Below are positions 13,041-24,868 of a DNA stretch of 64,000 bases, one piece after another. The notes beneath the pieces were generated by a model, which saw only the letters and a program-made list of their open reading frames with translations, was not told the origin of the DNA and searched no databases. The stretch covers positions 49,416,001 to 49,480,000 of the forward strand of contig NC_045707.1 in assembly GCF_009834535.1 (NCBI RefSeq), read 5' to 3'. This DNA is from Camelus ferus. Taxonomy: Eukaryota. The position numbers and the translations under genes are program-made. How positions within the stretch are numbered: the first letter of the stretch is position 1; each line of letters opens with the position of its first letter.

Positions 13041-15259
13041 AAATTTCTCATAAAAGCTTTTTGTCCATATTATTTTAATGTACATAATTTTGGGGTAATA
13101 CTTATATTTATAGTGTTCACACATTCACCACCTCAGTGTCACCAAATGTAATTACAGTCCCATGTGTACTTTCAGAAATAAAAATATCTTCACCTTCATT
13201 CTTTTCCTATACTATGTCATTCCTCTTGCTATACAGAATTTTGTAAAGTAGTTTGTGTAGAGCTGTGATATTTCATAAAAGCCTGTAGAGTTGCTAAAAT
13301 TGGCTGTTCTTTAATCACAAATATCCTTTTTCAGCAAAATGTAACTATGAAAAGTTATAAAACAATTTTTTAAAGGATCTTTATGGGTAGTGTCATACTT
13401 CCTCAGATATAAATATTGGTAATAGAACTAGCAGGCTCAATATATCAGCAATTTAATAAATCTAGACTTTGATTATGAAAACTTGATTGCGTAAGCTTTA
13501 AGTACCAATGATAGCCAAGCTTGATGTAAAGATCTAGATATTAACTTTCTTCTTGGCAGTTCTATACATAAATCCAAACACATTTAAATTCAACAAGTGT
13601 TAATTGATCACTCATTGTAATCAAGGCACTACAAGAGAGAGAATTATTAACAAGTATGATTTCTTCTTGAAATCTATACTGCAACATTAAAATAAAAACA
13701 AAAATATGAATGGGTCAATAAAAATTAACACAAAATGCCTACAAAGAAGAAAAGAAGAAGAGCTTATGTCTAATGTAGAGAATGGAAAAGCCTCATAAAG
13801 GAACAGATTTCAGTGCCAAGTCCAATAGACAGATAGTGGGGGGTAGTGTCAATCTGTTGGGGAAAAAAAATTACATAAGCAAAGTCTTTGAGTTAAGAAA
13901 GAACAGAATGTACTCAGGAAATAAACACTAGAGAGTTCAATTTGATCAGATTATACTTCTGAGTTAGCAGGATTTCTATCTCCCATAATCCACTGGTAGT
14001 AGATGTCTAAAGTTATGAAAGCTTATATGACTACATCCAGGCTCAATAAGAAAAACTGCCACAAGCAATTAGCCACGCTGCTGTGAGTGAGGAAGACAGG
14101 AAAGGCAGCCCATGGCCTTAGTATTTGCTAACTAGGGAATAAGATATCTGAGACATAGTGAGAAGTTAGGACAGATAGTTAAAAAAAATAACTCAAGCTC
14201 AGAATCTAAACAGCCTTAAATTCCAAGCCAAGGGGTTTGTGTTTTATTCTTCTTTTAAACTTTAATTACAGAAATAATACAAAGTTTGTTGTAAATAATT
14301 TTGAAAAACCCAAACGTATGTACAAAAAGTGAAAACCACTTCAATACTAAGGGGGGGATAAATTGGTATATATTCTTCCAACTTTTATACGTACATACAC
14401 AAATGGGTATAAAATATGTGCTGCATATAAATTGCTTCAATATAAAAATAGGTTTCTAACACATATGTAATTTTACAGCTTGCTTTTTTCATGACAATAT
14501 ACAGAGATCCATCTCATCTTTTTCAACTGAAACATAACATTTCATTGTATGGTATATTATTGACCTATTATTCTTCAGCTAACTGGGAGCCACTGAAATG
14601 CTTCAATGGGAAAAGGAAATAATTATTCATTTTTAAAACTTGAAAAAAGTTGAGATGATAAACTCTTAGAAGAGAAAAAGGAGATAAAGAAAACAAGAGA
14701 TTATTAAAATAGTCTAAGTAAACTAATACTGAGAACTTGGACTAACTATAAGAGATGTTTCAGATAACTGCTTTAAGAAAGCAGTATACAATCATTCTAA
14801 TTTATCAGGTGGGAACAAGAAAGAATGAAGAGAGGAAAGACCCACTGGGGATAAGTAGGGAGATCTAATCTCTCTGAATAGAAAGGGAACAAAAGGAAGC
14901 AAAAATATTTATTAAAGAACTGTCCTATACTTCACCCTTGTTTTCTAGCACCCCATTTTATCATTTGCCAAGTTTTATCAATCCAAGCACAGTAGTATTT
15001 CCTGAACCCATCTTATTTTATCCACTCCTGCCATCACTATCCCCACTAACACCCTTGTTATCTCCCTCTCAGCACTGTTCTCCCTCTAAGTCACTCCACA
15101 CTGCTGTCAGATTCCTTTTACTACAGGTCAAAAGTCAAGATGGGTCAGGTGGCTAATGCATATTAACACCTACTGGACATCTGCTACATGATGGTCACTC
15201 TATTTGCCTTTATTAAATGTTGTTATGTCACTGAATCCTCACAAGAAGCCACTTTTCAA

Positions 15260-15430
15260 TTTTGTGACTTTGGTGAAATTATTTAACTTCGCCCTAAGAG
15301 TCAGTTTCCTCATCTGTAAAACAGGGATAATAGTATCTGCTTCATGCAACTGTTGTATGAAAAGTACTAATGAATGTTATTCATTTAGTATGATGATGTT
15401 ACATAGTAAGCATGGGAAAGCTAGCTTCCG
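15260..15430 (+). mobile_element. MIR SINE
   Basis: Core tcagtttcctcatctgtaaaacagggataatagta. Confidence 0.75.
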
Positions 15431-15924
15431 TTAGCATAAGTTCTCAACCATACTCCAGACTACCTCTACAGACGCCCAACTTCCTAACTTTCTTGCCCAC
15501 TATTTCTTTATATAGTCCATGTTTTCACATCTCACTGCTTTAGTCCTTGCTGCTTTCTCTGACTAGAATGCCTTCCCTGACATCTCTCTCCATACTTGTA
15601 AATTCTCCTCACTCTTACGGGTCCCCAAAAACATGAAAATATTCTGATTTTTCCCGTTTAGTAGTAATCTCTCACCTGCCTCTCTTGCCCCAGCATTTTA
15701 TAATTTTTTTTCTTTTGAATCATATTTTTATACATATGTTTGTTTACATGCCTTATGTATATGGCTTACATATTTATAGGTGTAAATATCTTCACTGCTA
15801 GGCCTTTAGCTTCTGTAGAAGTGGGGGCAGGACTAATTATTTATTCTTTATGAAATCTAAAATGATATTTTTACATGATAGACTCAACCAAAACAAATGT
15901 TGAGAATCTATACTAGATAATTTC

Positions 15925-16310
15925 TATTTGTCCCTCCAGACTGCGCCCTGCTGTCTGCACCAGCAAGCTGATCTATGGATCTCATCAGTAGGCAATGGAG
16001 AGAACCTCCTAGGAAAGGGAGAAGAGAGGTGAGGTTCTGGCCCTCTCATCTTAGAGTCATGTTGAGCTGGCTGCATTCCTCAGCTGAAGGTTACAGCTCC
16101 ACTCAAGGTGGCTAAATCTACAGGACCGTCCCCTTTCAAAACCCAGTAACTGCTCTCTTCACTTGTCCCTTTTGGCTTAAAGGTTACTAGCCCTAAGTTA
16201 CTACACAGCTCCTACGTTTGTCCCTTTAAACCCTCCCCTTTTAATTGTCCTACTTCGAGCATGCCTTTTTTCTTTCTTTTTTTTTTTTTTCCTTGCTGGG
16301 GCCAACTGCT
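15925..16310 (+). mobile_element. LTR33-like ERVL solo LTR
   Basis: ggctgcattcctcagctgaaggttacagctcc...gtccctttaaaccctc...gcatgcc...ccttgctgggg. Confidence 0.65.
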
Positions 16311-17067
16311 TTTAAGATAAAGAGGATAGGATTTGGGAGAGTAACTCCTTAAATTTTGTCTTGTCAATCAAGTAAGAGGAAAAGTCTTTACTTAGCCTGA
16401 AGAAGACAATAGTGTCGTTGGAGGCTGGAGGAAATTGAAAAAGGATTAGAACAACTGCTGAAGAAAATGCTTTAGGAAGTGAGTTAATGGTGAATAAAGG
16501 GGTAGCAGAACAGCATGGAGGGCCTAATTGCACAGAACTCAATTGGCAAGCTTGCCTGAATTTCTCCAGCAGTGCTTAGCAGAACAAGATCAAGAGAGTT
16601 GTTAAGACAAAACAAAGTAAAACAAAACACAAGTGATAGGGTTTGATTAAATTGGGGATGATGGAAGATGAAAAGAATCATAGCATCAAGAGGTACTAAG
16701 AAAGGTCACAGCCAGGACCTAAGTATCCAGGACCCAGGACACTGAAGGGAGACAAGAGAAGCGAATAAGAGGTTAATGGTTAATCTTTCAGTCCATTTGG
16801 AAGAAGTATCAGTTAGAATAATTATGAAATATTATTAATCACAAAAGGCACAGTAATTGTGTTTTTTAAATTTTACAACCAGATACAGCTCTGCTTACTT
16901 GCAGCATAGCTTCTATGCCAGTAGTAAGGCTGCCTATAATTTAAACTACCCTTTAAGATAATAGGATTTGTGTAATGTTCTTGTTATTATTCAGAAATTC
17001 CTCTTTGGGCTCTCTCTGAAAGTTTGATTTTACAAACACACATTTACTTTCTCGAATTTAACTCTTT

Positions 17068-17209
17068 TTTTTTTTATTTTTTTAATTTTATTTTTCTCTG
17101 GGGGGAAGGTAATTAGATTTGTTTATTTTTGGAGGAGGTACTGGGGATTGAACCCAGGACCTCATGCATCATAAGCATGCACTCTACCACTTGAGCTATA
17201 CCTGCCCCC
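17068..17209 (-). mobile_element. tRNA-Ala-derived camelid SINE (Vic-1 type)
   Basis: The reverse complement reads ggggcaggtatagctcaagtggtagagtgcatgc...gggttcaatccccagtacc plus an A-rich tail. TSD gaatttaactcttt at 17054-17067 and 17215-17228. Confidence 0.92.
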
Positions 17210-18554
17210 TCTTAGAATTTAACTCTTTAAAACTTCCTTTTCATTTTGCTTCAGTTTTTACTTTGCTTCTAAGAATTTGCACTTTAGACAAATTGAGAAC
17301 AACCAACAGATTTTAGACCTTGATGTAAAATAAGCACAAAGGAAAGGAAAAAAAAGAGAAGAAATGCAAAATAATCACTTTAACAAAAACAATCAAGTTC
17401 TTGATTGCAATACGAAAACAGGAGAAACTGCTGTGTGAACTCACAAACTCTGCACAAAGGTTGCCAGGGGAACAATACTCCTAGGTTTCCTGGTTCTCAA
17501 AAATGTACCACTGTAATGTTTGTCTGTCTCTTTTCTTTTCCTTTTGAAAATCTTAACTGAAAATCTCCTCTAAGCTTCTGAGATCTTTGTTATTCACCTT
17601 GTAAATTCACTCTTTAGAGCTCACATCACAGAGTTCACTAAGTTGGCAACATATAAAAAGGCATTGATTTTTTTCCTTCAGAAGTTATGAGTGCTGCCTG
17701 CAATGATAATTTTACTCTCCCTAGAGCCTCTAAAAATAGAAAAGTGTAAATTGGTTTTGCCTCTAAGTAGCTTTCATTTTTGTTTACTCTCTACCTGCAG
17801 ATTATAAATTCCTCCAGGGCAGGCACTAGATCTACAATCTTATGCAGTTTCCTACAGAAATTAAAACAGATCTAAACCCAGAGTAAGAAGTAAATAACTC
17901 TTTTTGGCTAGTATTCCATATAAGATTAAAAAGTAGTTTTCGAAATTGTGAATTGGTTTTTTCTTTTCAATTTGTTAAAATGAACTCAGGTCTTTACCAT
18001 CACTAAATAATCTCATCTAAGGAAAAGACTGCAGAGGTAACAGTGCTTTTATTCTATACTGGGCAGTATGTGCTTCTATCCTTGTTTGAAACATTCTCAG
18101 GTAGATTGAAAGGGAACGGCCATTTTCTATTGTCTGTTCTAGCCATTGTCTCCTGGTGGTGAAGGCTGCCCTTCATTTGTGTGACAAAGCAAACTGAACA
18201 AAATTAGTCAAGAATAAATTTAAGGCCATAGTTAGGGATTTACTAAGACAAATAATTAACCAAGACTCTTGGTCCAAGACATTACTGTTTATGAAAAGAA
18301 AATGAATTCTAAATAATAAAACAAATATAAATTAATTCATCTGTCAAATATACACACATGGATTTGCTAAATATTTATTAAATATTTATATAAGTGCACC
18401 ATAATTCGTGGGTATATAAAGTTAAAGAAGACAACGTTTTTACTTTCAAGAAGCTTAAAACGCATTAATTTCTTTTCATGGGAGAAAAATATTTACTCTT
18501 TCTATATTATCCTAGTCACAGCTGGTTTACAAGTAGAATTTCAATTTTAGATAC

Positions 18555-18941
18555 TGTTAACAAGACAACAGCCCCAAAATGGAGTCATGTATGCTAAGTC
18601 TCCTATCATCAAACTGAGGCTTAGTTATAGCTTTGGCTCTCCCAGAAATGGAATCTGAAACCAGTCAGTCAGGAGCCACCTGATCAGCACTAGTGAGGTA
18701 ACCTGCCAGATAGACCCTGCCGTCCCCTAAAGGAAAGTCAGTTTGCAATAACCAACGGCTTCTTTGCCTCGTTTATTTTCCTTGTTCCCGCTCCCTTCTG
18801 CCTATAAGTCTCTCATTCTGAACAGTTCCTTGAGGCACCTTTCTACCTGCTTCTACCTGCTAAATTGGATGCTACCCGATTTGAATTGATTTTTGCTCAA
18901 ACTCTTAAAATGTTTAATATGCCTCAGTTTATCTTATAACA
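18555..18941 (+). mobile_element. 5' LTR of the provirus
   Basis: TGTTAA...TAACA termini and a TATA-like tataa at 18803; aligns end to end with the 3' LTR. Confidence 0.92.
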
Positions 18942-20040
18942 GTTCTGTTAGTAACAGTAAGAGGCGGGAACCGAAGGAGACCCCCGGGCCCAGACGCCAT
19001 GATTAACCAGACAGGGTACCTGCTGAGCCCCTGGGCTCGCTGCCTTCGCGCTGTGTTTGCGCCGCCTTCGCGCCGCCTCAGGAAAAGCCGGGTCCGTTCC
19101 TCTAGGAGCCTCCAGGGCTTCTGTCTTAGGAGCTTTCAGGCTTTACTTGAACATTTCTTTTCTAGACTCGTCTGGAAATGGCCAGAGTTGGAGTGGGTCC
19201 GACTGAAAAACTGGACCGGGTCCGACTTAGAAACGGGACCGGGTCCACGTTCCGACCACAGTCGAGTTAGAACCAACACTGGTTCCGGGTCAGACTGCAT
19301 CCAGCTTAAGCTCGACGGGGCCCAGCGTGAAGCCTCAGGTGAACAAAACTTTTTTTTAAGGCCGAACAAGCAGGATAATCTTAACCAAGATAATGTTTAA
19401 GTACAGCGGCCACAGCGGAGAACTTTTAACCTGGACAAGCTTTTCCATTTCCGAGGCGTCCCTACAGAACATGGGGTCTCTGCCAAGCACGCACAGTAAA
19501 GGGTCGAGGGAAAATTATTTTTCCTCCTCTTCAGTTTGTCGCGACCCGCTGGGACACCCCACCTGCTCCGGAGCCTACAGAATCCTGAGCAAACTGGCCG
19601 AAGCCGGCGAAGGGTAAGAATTCTCATTAAAGTCAGCTCTCCTAGGTTTCTGTGGTGCCTGGTCAGTAGAGGAAGGGAAAATTTCACGTCGTCCTCTCCT
19701 TTCAGATTGGAAGGGAAAAAACATTCGTAAGAATTAAATCTTTGAATCCTGACTCGTGCAGTTGCTTTCCAGGTGCTCGGTGGTTGTCGACGGTCTTTCT
19801 CCCAGGAACGGCTATTGACTTCTTTATCTCATTTTGTGTCCTGAGACGTGAGGCACCTTTCTTCCTGACTAGGGCACGCGGGTTCTTCTGTGTTCAGGCA
19901 GCTCATTCGTCATGTTGGGGGCCCCCAGAATATGGCCGGACAGAAATGTGGGTTGCAATCCACTGGTGGCCAGGGTACTGCTGTTGCCAGCTCTACCGGA
20001 AATCGTCTTTCTTTCTCTTCGTTGTCTGGGAGTGGCTCCG
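18720..20040 (+). promoter_or_regulatory. CpG island over the ERV 5' LTR and leader; candidate promoter with a splice donor at 19613/19614
   Basis: About 58 CpGs hand-counted in 18961-20040 in an otherwise CpG-depleted window. Donor GAAGG|GTAAGA. Promoter function is inferred. Confidence 0.6.
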
Positions 20041-21401
20041 GGTCTTGAGAGGGAAGTATCCTTTGCAGTCTCTTTGGAGATACTTCTTCTGTCTATGGGG
20101 TTATTCAATACTGTAAAGAATATTTACTGTTTGTCCCTGGGGGAAATATTCGGAAGGATTTTTTTTTTTTTTTTGAGAGAAAACATACTGTTCGATTTAC
20201 TTTGACTCTTTAATACAGCCAAATCAATATAACTAGTTTGACCCATCCTTGTATGGTGGTTGGAGAGACAAGTTACTGTTTTTGGACCTATTCCCATCAT
20301 GAAGGGCTGGTCAGAGCTAAGATAGAAACAAAAATACATCATTATTCTTATACCTGGTTTCCTAGCCTCCTACCTCCCAATTGTAATACCCATACCAATT
20401 AAAACTTATATGGATTTATCATTATACTATATGATTTTATAGGCATGTCTTTAGAGTTATCAGCATTAAATACAATAATTTTAATCAACATAGGTTTGCT
20501 GAAAGTCAAATAATAATAAGCTCATGTTATCTCTGTTACTAAATTTGTCAACAAGAAAGATAACTTAAGGTGATAGTTTAGTGTTTAATATCTCATGAAA
20601 TTTTCATGAGTAATCTAAACATAACTGTTAAAAACAAGTACATTAAGTAGATGTAAGTTAGATAAAAGTTTACAAATGAACAATAATTATGCTTTTTGGT
20701 ATGCCACTTTTAAAACAGTTTCCAAACTCTTCTTGGTAACCTGAAATCTTAAAGTTATACTGAGATAAGTTAAATGATGAATATTAATTGAACATCTGTA
20801 TTATTTTCAAATATGATAAAATACAAAACATTAACTGAACATAAATATTTCTGCTTTGGGTTTCCTTTTACAAAGGAAATAAAGATACTTCGGTTTATTA
20901 GTAAACATATTTTGTGCCACAGTGGAAAATTTATGATGAGGAAGAATATGCTTCTATAAATTATAGAATGTATGTATGAATTTGCCAATCCACAGAATGC
21001 TAGTGTAACAGACAGCCCACAGTTGCTTACTTCTTAGTCTTCACTAGCAATTAAGGACTCCAAGGCTTAAGAATTCTAATCAATATATGCAATTAAAACC
21101 ACTTAGAAATAATAAGGGTGAAAGAAAACGTCAGTCTATGAAAAGTAGGTAAGAAACATAGAACAACTGATTGTTCCAGAATGAGAAAAAAAGAGTAAAA
21201 AAAATAAAGGACAAAATTTGAATGGATATTAAAAAGTTGCAGAAGGTTTATAACAAAAGAATCTTGGGAAAGAATTTTATGTGTGGTCAAGCTGACTAAC
21301 ATTGGAATTGGTTTATTTAAGTTTTAAAAAATTAGTGTTCATTTGAAAAGCACACTGGTACAAAATTAGAATTTAGTTTTCTCTTAAAAGGACAAATTTT
21401 T

Positions 21402-22236
21402 TCTTTTTTTTTTAAATTGAAGTATAGTTGATTTATAATATATAGCTCATATAACATATAAATATTTATAATATCATATATATACTAATATATATTAGCT
21501 TCAGGTGTACAATGGAGTGATTCAATATTTTTATCTATTACACTTCATTTAAAGTTATTACAAAATAATGGCTATATTTCCCTGTACTGTACAATATATC
21601 CTTGTTGCTTATTAATTTTGTATGTAGTAGTTTTTATCTCTTAATTCCCTACTCCTATTGTGCCCCCCCCCACTTCCTTCTCCCTACTAGTAGCCCCTAG
21701 TTTGTTCTCTGTATCTGTGAGTCTGTTTATGTTTTGTTACATTTGTTTACTTGTTTGTTTTATTTTTTAAATTCCCTATGTAAGTGATAACATAGAATAT
21801 TTGTCTTTCTCTGTCTGACGTATTAAGCATGATTCCCTCCAGGGCCATTCATGTTGTCGCAAATAGCAAAACATCCTCATCAACATTTGTTATTTGTAGG
21901 ATTTGATAATAGTCATTTTGGCAGCTGACAGGTGATTTTTCACTGTGTTTTTGATTAATCATCTTTCTCTGATGATTATCAATGTTGAGCATCTTTTCAT
22001 GTGCCTGTTGGTCTGTTTGTATATCTTCTATTTTAGGTCTTTTGCTCATGTTTTAAATTGGGTTGCTTGTTTTTTTTGATATTGAGTTGTTTGGGTTGTT
22101 TACATATTTTGGGTATTAACCTCTTATTGGTCATATCATTTGCAAATATTTTCCCAGATTCAGTATGTTGTCTTTTTGTTTTGTTAATGGTTTCCTTTGC
22201 TGTGCAAAAGCTTTCAAATTTAATTAGGTCATTGAA
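21402..22236 (-). mobile_element. 5'-truncated L1 3' end nested in the provirus
   Basis: Poly-T followed by aaattgaagtatagttgattt...tttccctgtactgtacaatatatccttg...tttcctttgctgtgcaaaagc. Degenerate TSD aaattt(tt/a)tctt on both sides. Confidence 0.9.
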
Positions 22237-23042
22237 GTAAATTTATCTTGGAGTATTGGTCTGCTCTTGAAAAGGATTGTGAGAGTTTTTGTTTGCTTAT
22301 TTTTACCTACAAAGCAAAGATTTTGTGTCTTACCAAAATAATTTACTGTGCATCACATTGTCTTTATAAGGTCTTTCATTACTTTAGAAAACCTAGTCTT
22401 TTCAATATTAAAAGAGCTAAATTTTACTCACAACTGTGTCACCTTTTGTATTTGCTTTTAAAAGTATTTATTGCCACTTCGGTTAAATAGATAATTAAAT
22501 ATTATTTTATAACAATCTGTGATCCTGTTTATTCAAATGTTCAAACATTTTGATGTTTTGACAACTTCCCAAAATCAAATTCTATGTGGAATATTTTTTT
22601 ACCTCAAGTTAACTTTAAGATTTCCCAAAGGGACCCTGGAGACTATCAAAGAATTTGTCTCTCACCTTGTGAAAGACTGATGCTAAGCCAACTATGTTTA
22701 TTTGGTTTGTTAGATAACATGAGAAGCATTGTCAAATAAATGATGATAACCCTTCTTACATACTAGTATTTATGTTTGTATGGTTGCCAATTATCAGTGT
22801 AAGTATTCTAGAAATCATATGAATTTCTAAAAATTTATATAATACTACCAGTCACAATTCCAGTTATTATCTTAACATATTGTGTGTCACAGAAATAGCC
22901 ACATTTCTTTGTCAGTTCTATTATGTAAACTCTCATCCACTTTTTAACCATGGGCATCTTATGTTTTTCATTTACAGATAGTTATCATTTTATTCTAATT
23001 GTTTAGATTTTGCAAAAGTAAGATTTGTGGAAAGAACTCTGC

Positions 23043-23180
23043 CAAGCACTTTTGACCAATGACACTACTGATGAATTACATAGTGTCAAAACTTGGATGC
23101 ATATTTCACAACTTAAGACATATGTTTCACCTGACATTTGGTTAAATGCTGGAGGCCTCAAAATCAAACTGACTAGGATG
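23043..23180 (+). pseudogene. pol: Retroviral integrase C-terminal remnant
   Basis: Hand translation QALLTNDTTDELHSVKTWMHISQLKTYVSPDIWLNAGGLKIKLTR resembles the ERV1 'VLLTT.TA.K..G...WIH.S.LK...W....LK.KL.R' tail. Confidence 0.75.
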
Positions 23181-23275
23181 AGAAGTAGCTGACATCAAGG
23201 GACACTGCTTCCTGTCAAGATTTTCATTCCATTCATTTTTTCTTCTCTGACCATTGTTTTCCTAATTCTTACACC

Positions 23276-24240
23276 ATGAAACTCTTTATAATTCTCCTGT
23301 TCACTTTTTCGTACTCTGGCCTAGAAAGATAAGGCCATTGTTCACATATCTCAGGCCATTGCAAGGGTGTGGGTAGTCCAACCTCCAAATGACTGTTGGA
23401 TTTGCCACAATGCTGGTGGTCCTGTAGTTCTTCTCATCGCAAACTCCTCCCTGGTTTCCAAAGTCTCAGCTTCCCTCTCTGTCTCTAACCTTAAGGATCC
23501 ATTTCCCTGTCTCTGGTTAACAACTCCAAACCAGCAGAACCTTGCATCCAGGCTCTGTGCAGAGAAAGCGACACATGGCAAGGTTAACCAGAATAAAACC
23601 ACCTGTGCAGTCTACAGACCCCTACATTTTACTGGCCTCTGTGACTGTCACCTTTCCAGTCCCAAGCCACAGACTCAAACAGGATTACCAGGAGGCATTA
23701 GTGATTCAAAATTATTTCCCTTTGGCAGATCCCTATTGCATTGGCTAGGAATAAGTGCAAATGAGGCTATGATCAGGAATCTCTCCTTAACTCTTGAAGA
23801 TATTTTAGAATCTGCTGTTAAAGCAATAGATGCCCAATAAAAATCCCTGGGCTCTCTGGCCAAAGTTGTTCTTTGTAATAGGATAGCCCCTGATAATAAA
23901 ATATCTTTTAGCTGAGCAAGGAGGTGTTTGTGCTATGGCCCACACTATTGCTGCACTTGGATTGAGACTCCTGAGGAAGCTGAGACTCAGCTATGTAAGA
24001 TCACTGAACAAGGCAGCAGGCTTAACTAAGTGACCCCTTCAGTGGGGTCTTCCTTTGATTTGATTCTGAATGGTTTGGGTCATAGGGACCATAGCTCTGA
24101 TGTACACTCCCAAAATTGGGAATTATCCTGCTTATAACAATCAGGTATTCTCCCTGGTGTGCTGTGTTCTCTCAAAAGCTTTAAATGAATGTTCACAGCC
24201 ACTAACCACCAACTGAATAATCTCCCTAAGACTAGAACAT
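23276..24240 (+). pseudogene. env: Decayed gamma-type envelope gene
   Basis: CWIC (SU CXXC motif); decayed furin site RLKQ; heptad MIRNLSLTLEDI; after a stop, KSLGSLAKVVLCNRIAPD/YLLAEQGGVCAMAHT/CCTWI (immunosuppressive domain and CX6CC); hydrophobic anchor near 24113-24185. Several stops and frameshifts. Confidence 0.9.
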
Positions 24241-24474
24241 CAGAAAAAAAAAAAAAAGAGAGAGAGAGAGAGTGACCAACTTGAATGTGAACTCTACAGC
24301 ATGACCTGTGAATACCACAAAGATATTCGGCAAAAATATGTCATGACCTGTGAATACCACACAGAGAGTTAACAAAAACCTGGGAGAACTCCAGAGTGGT
24401 ATCCAGGTGTAGAGTTAATTCCTTAAAATTGATTCCATTTCTCAGGATGCTGACTCTGATCAAAATGGGAGAAT

Positions 24475-24861
24475 TCTTAAAACCAAGACAACTGGCTCAA
24501 AATGGAGTTGCTTTTGCTAAGCCCCACATCACCAAAGTGAGACTTAATCATACTTTCAACTCTTCCAGAAATGGAATCTTAAACCAGTCAATCAGAAATC
24601 ACCTGACTAGCACTAGTTAGATAATCTGCCTGGTAGATCCTTGCCATCCATAAAGGGAGATAACCTTGCAGTAACCAACCCACTTTTTTGCCTGGTATAA
24701 CTTCCTTATTCCTGTTCCATTCTGCCTATAAAAGTCTTTAATTTTGTGCAGCTCCTTAGAGCTCCTTTCCATCTGCTAGATTAGATGCTACCTGATTCAA
24801 ATTGATTTTTGTTTAAAAAAACTCTTAAAATATTTAATATGCTTCAGTTTATCTTTTAACA
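24475..24861 (+). mobile_element. 3' LTR of the provirus
   Basis: Starts tcttaa (TG mutated to TC), ends ttttaaca, tataaaa near 24727. Confidence 0.92.
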
Positions 24862-24868
24862 ATACTAT

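Larger units (their letters stand above)
18555..24861 (+). mobile_element. Defective ERV1 (gamma-like, MER34/MER4-group-like) provirus with two LTRs
   Basis: Homologous ~387-bp LTRs at 18555-18941 and 24475-24861. 4-bp TSD ATAC at 18551-18554 and 24862-24865. Polypurine tract aaaatgggagaa before the 3' LTR. Integrase and env remnants inside. Confidence 0.93.

Noticed and set aside
18942..18975. Assigning the primer-binding-site tRNA
   Set aside because: There is only a degenerate resemblance to a tRNA-Leu PBS (agaggcggga vs agaagtggga) and the TGG start is lost, so it cannot be called.
18999..20205. Overlapping ORFs in the ERV leader as gag or a novel gene
   Set aside because: No matrix, capsid or CCHC motifs. 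ORFs on both strands are expected from the GC richness.
23367..23840. 157-aa ORF as a functional syncytin-like env
   Set aside because: It starts at GTG with an in-frame stop upstream, has no linked signal peptide, its furin site is out of frame and mutated, and it stops before the immunosuppressive domain.
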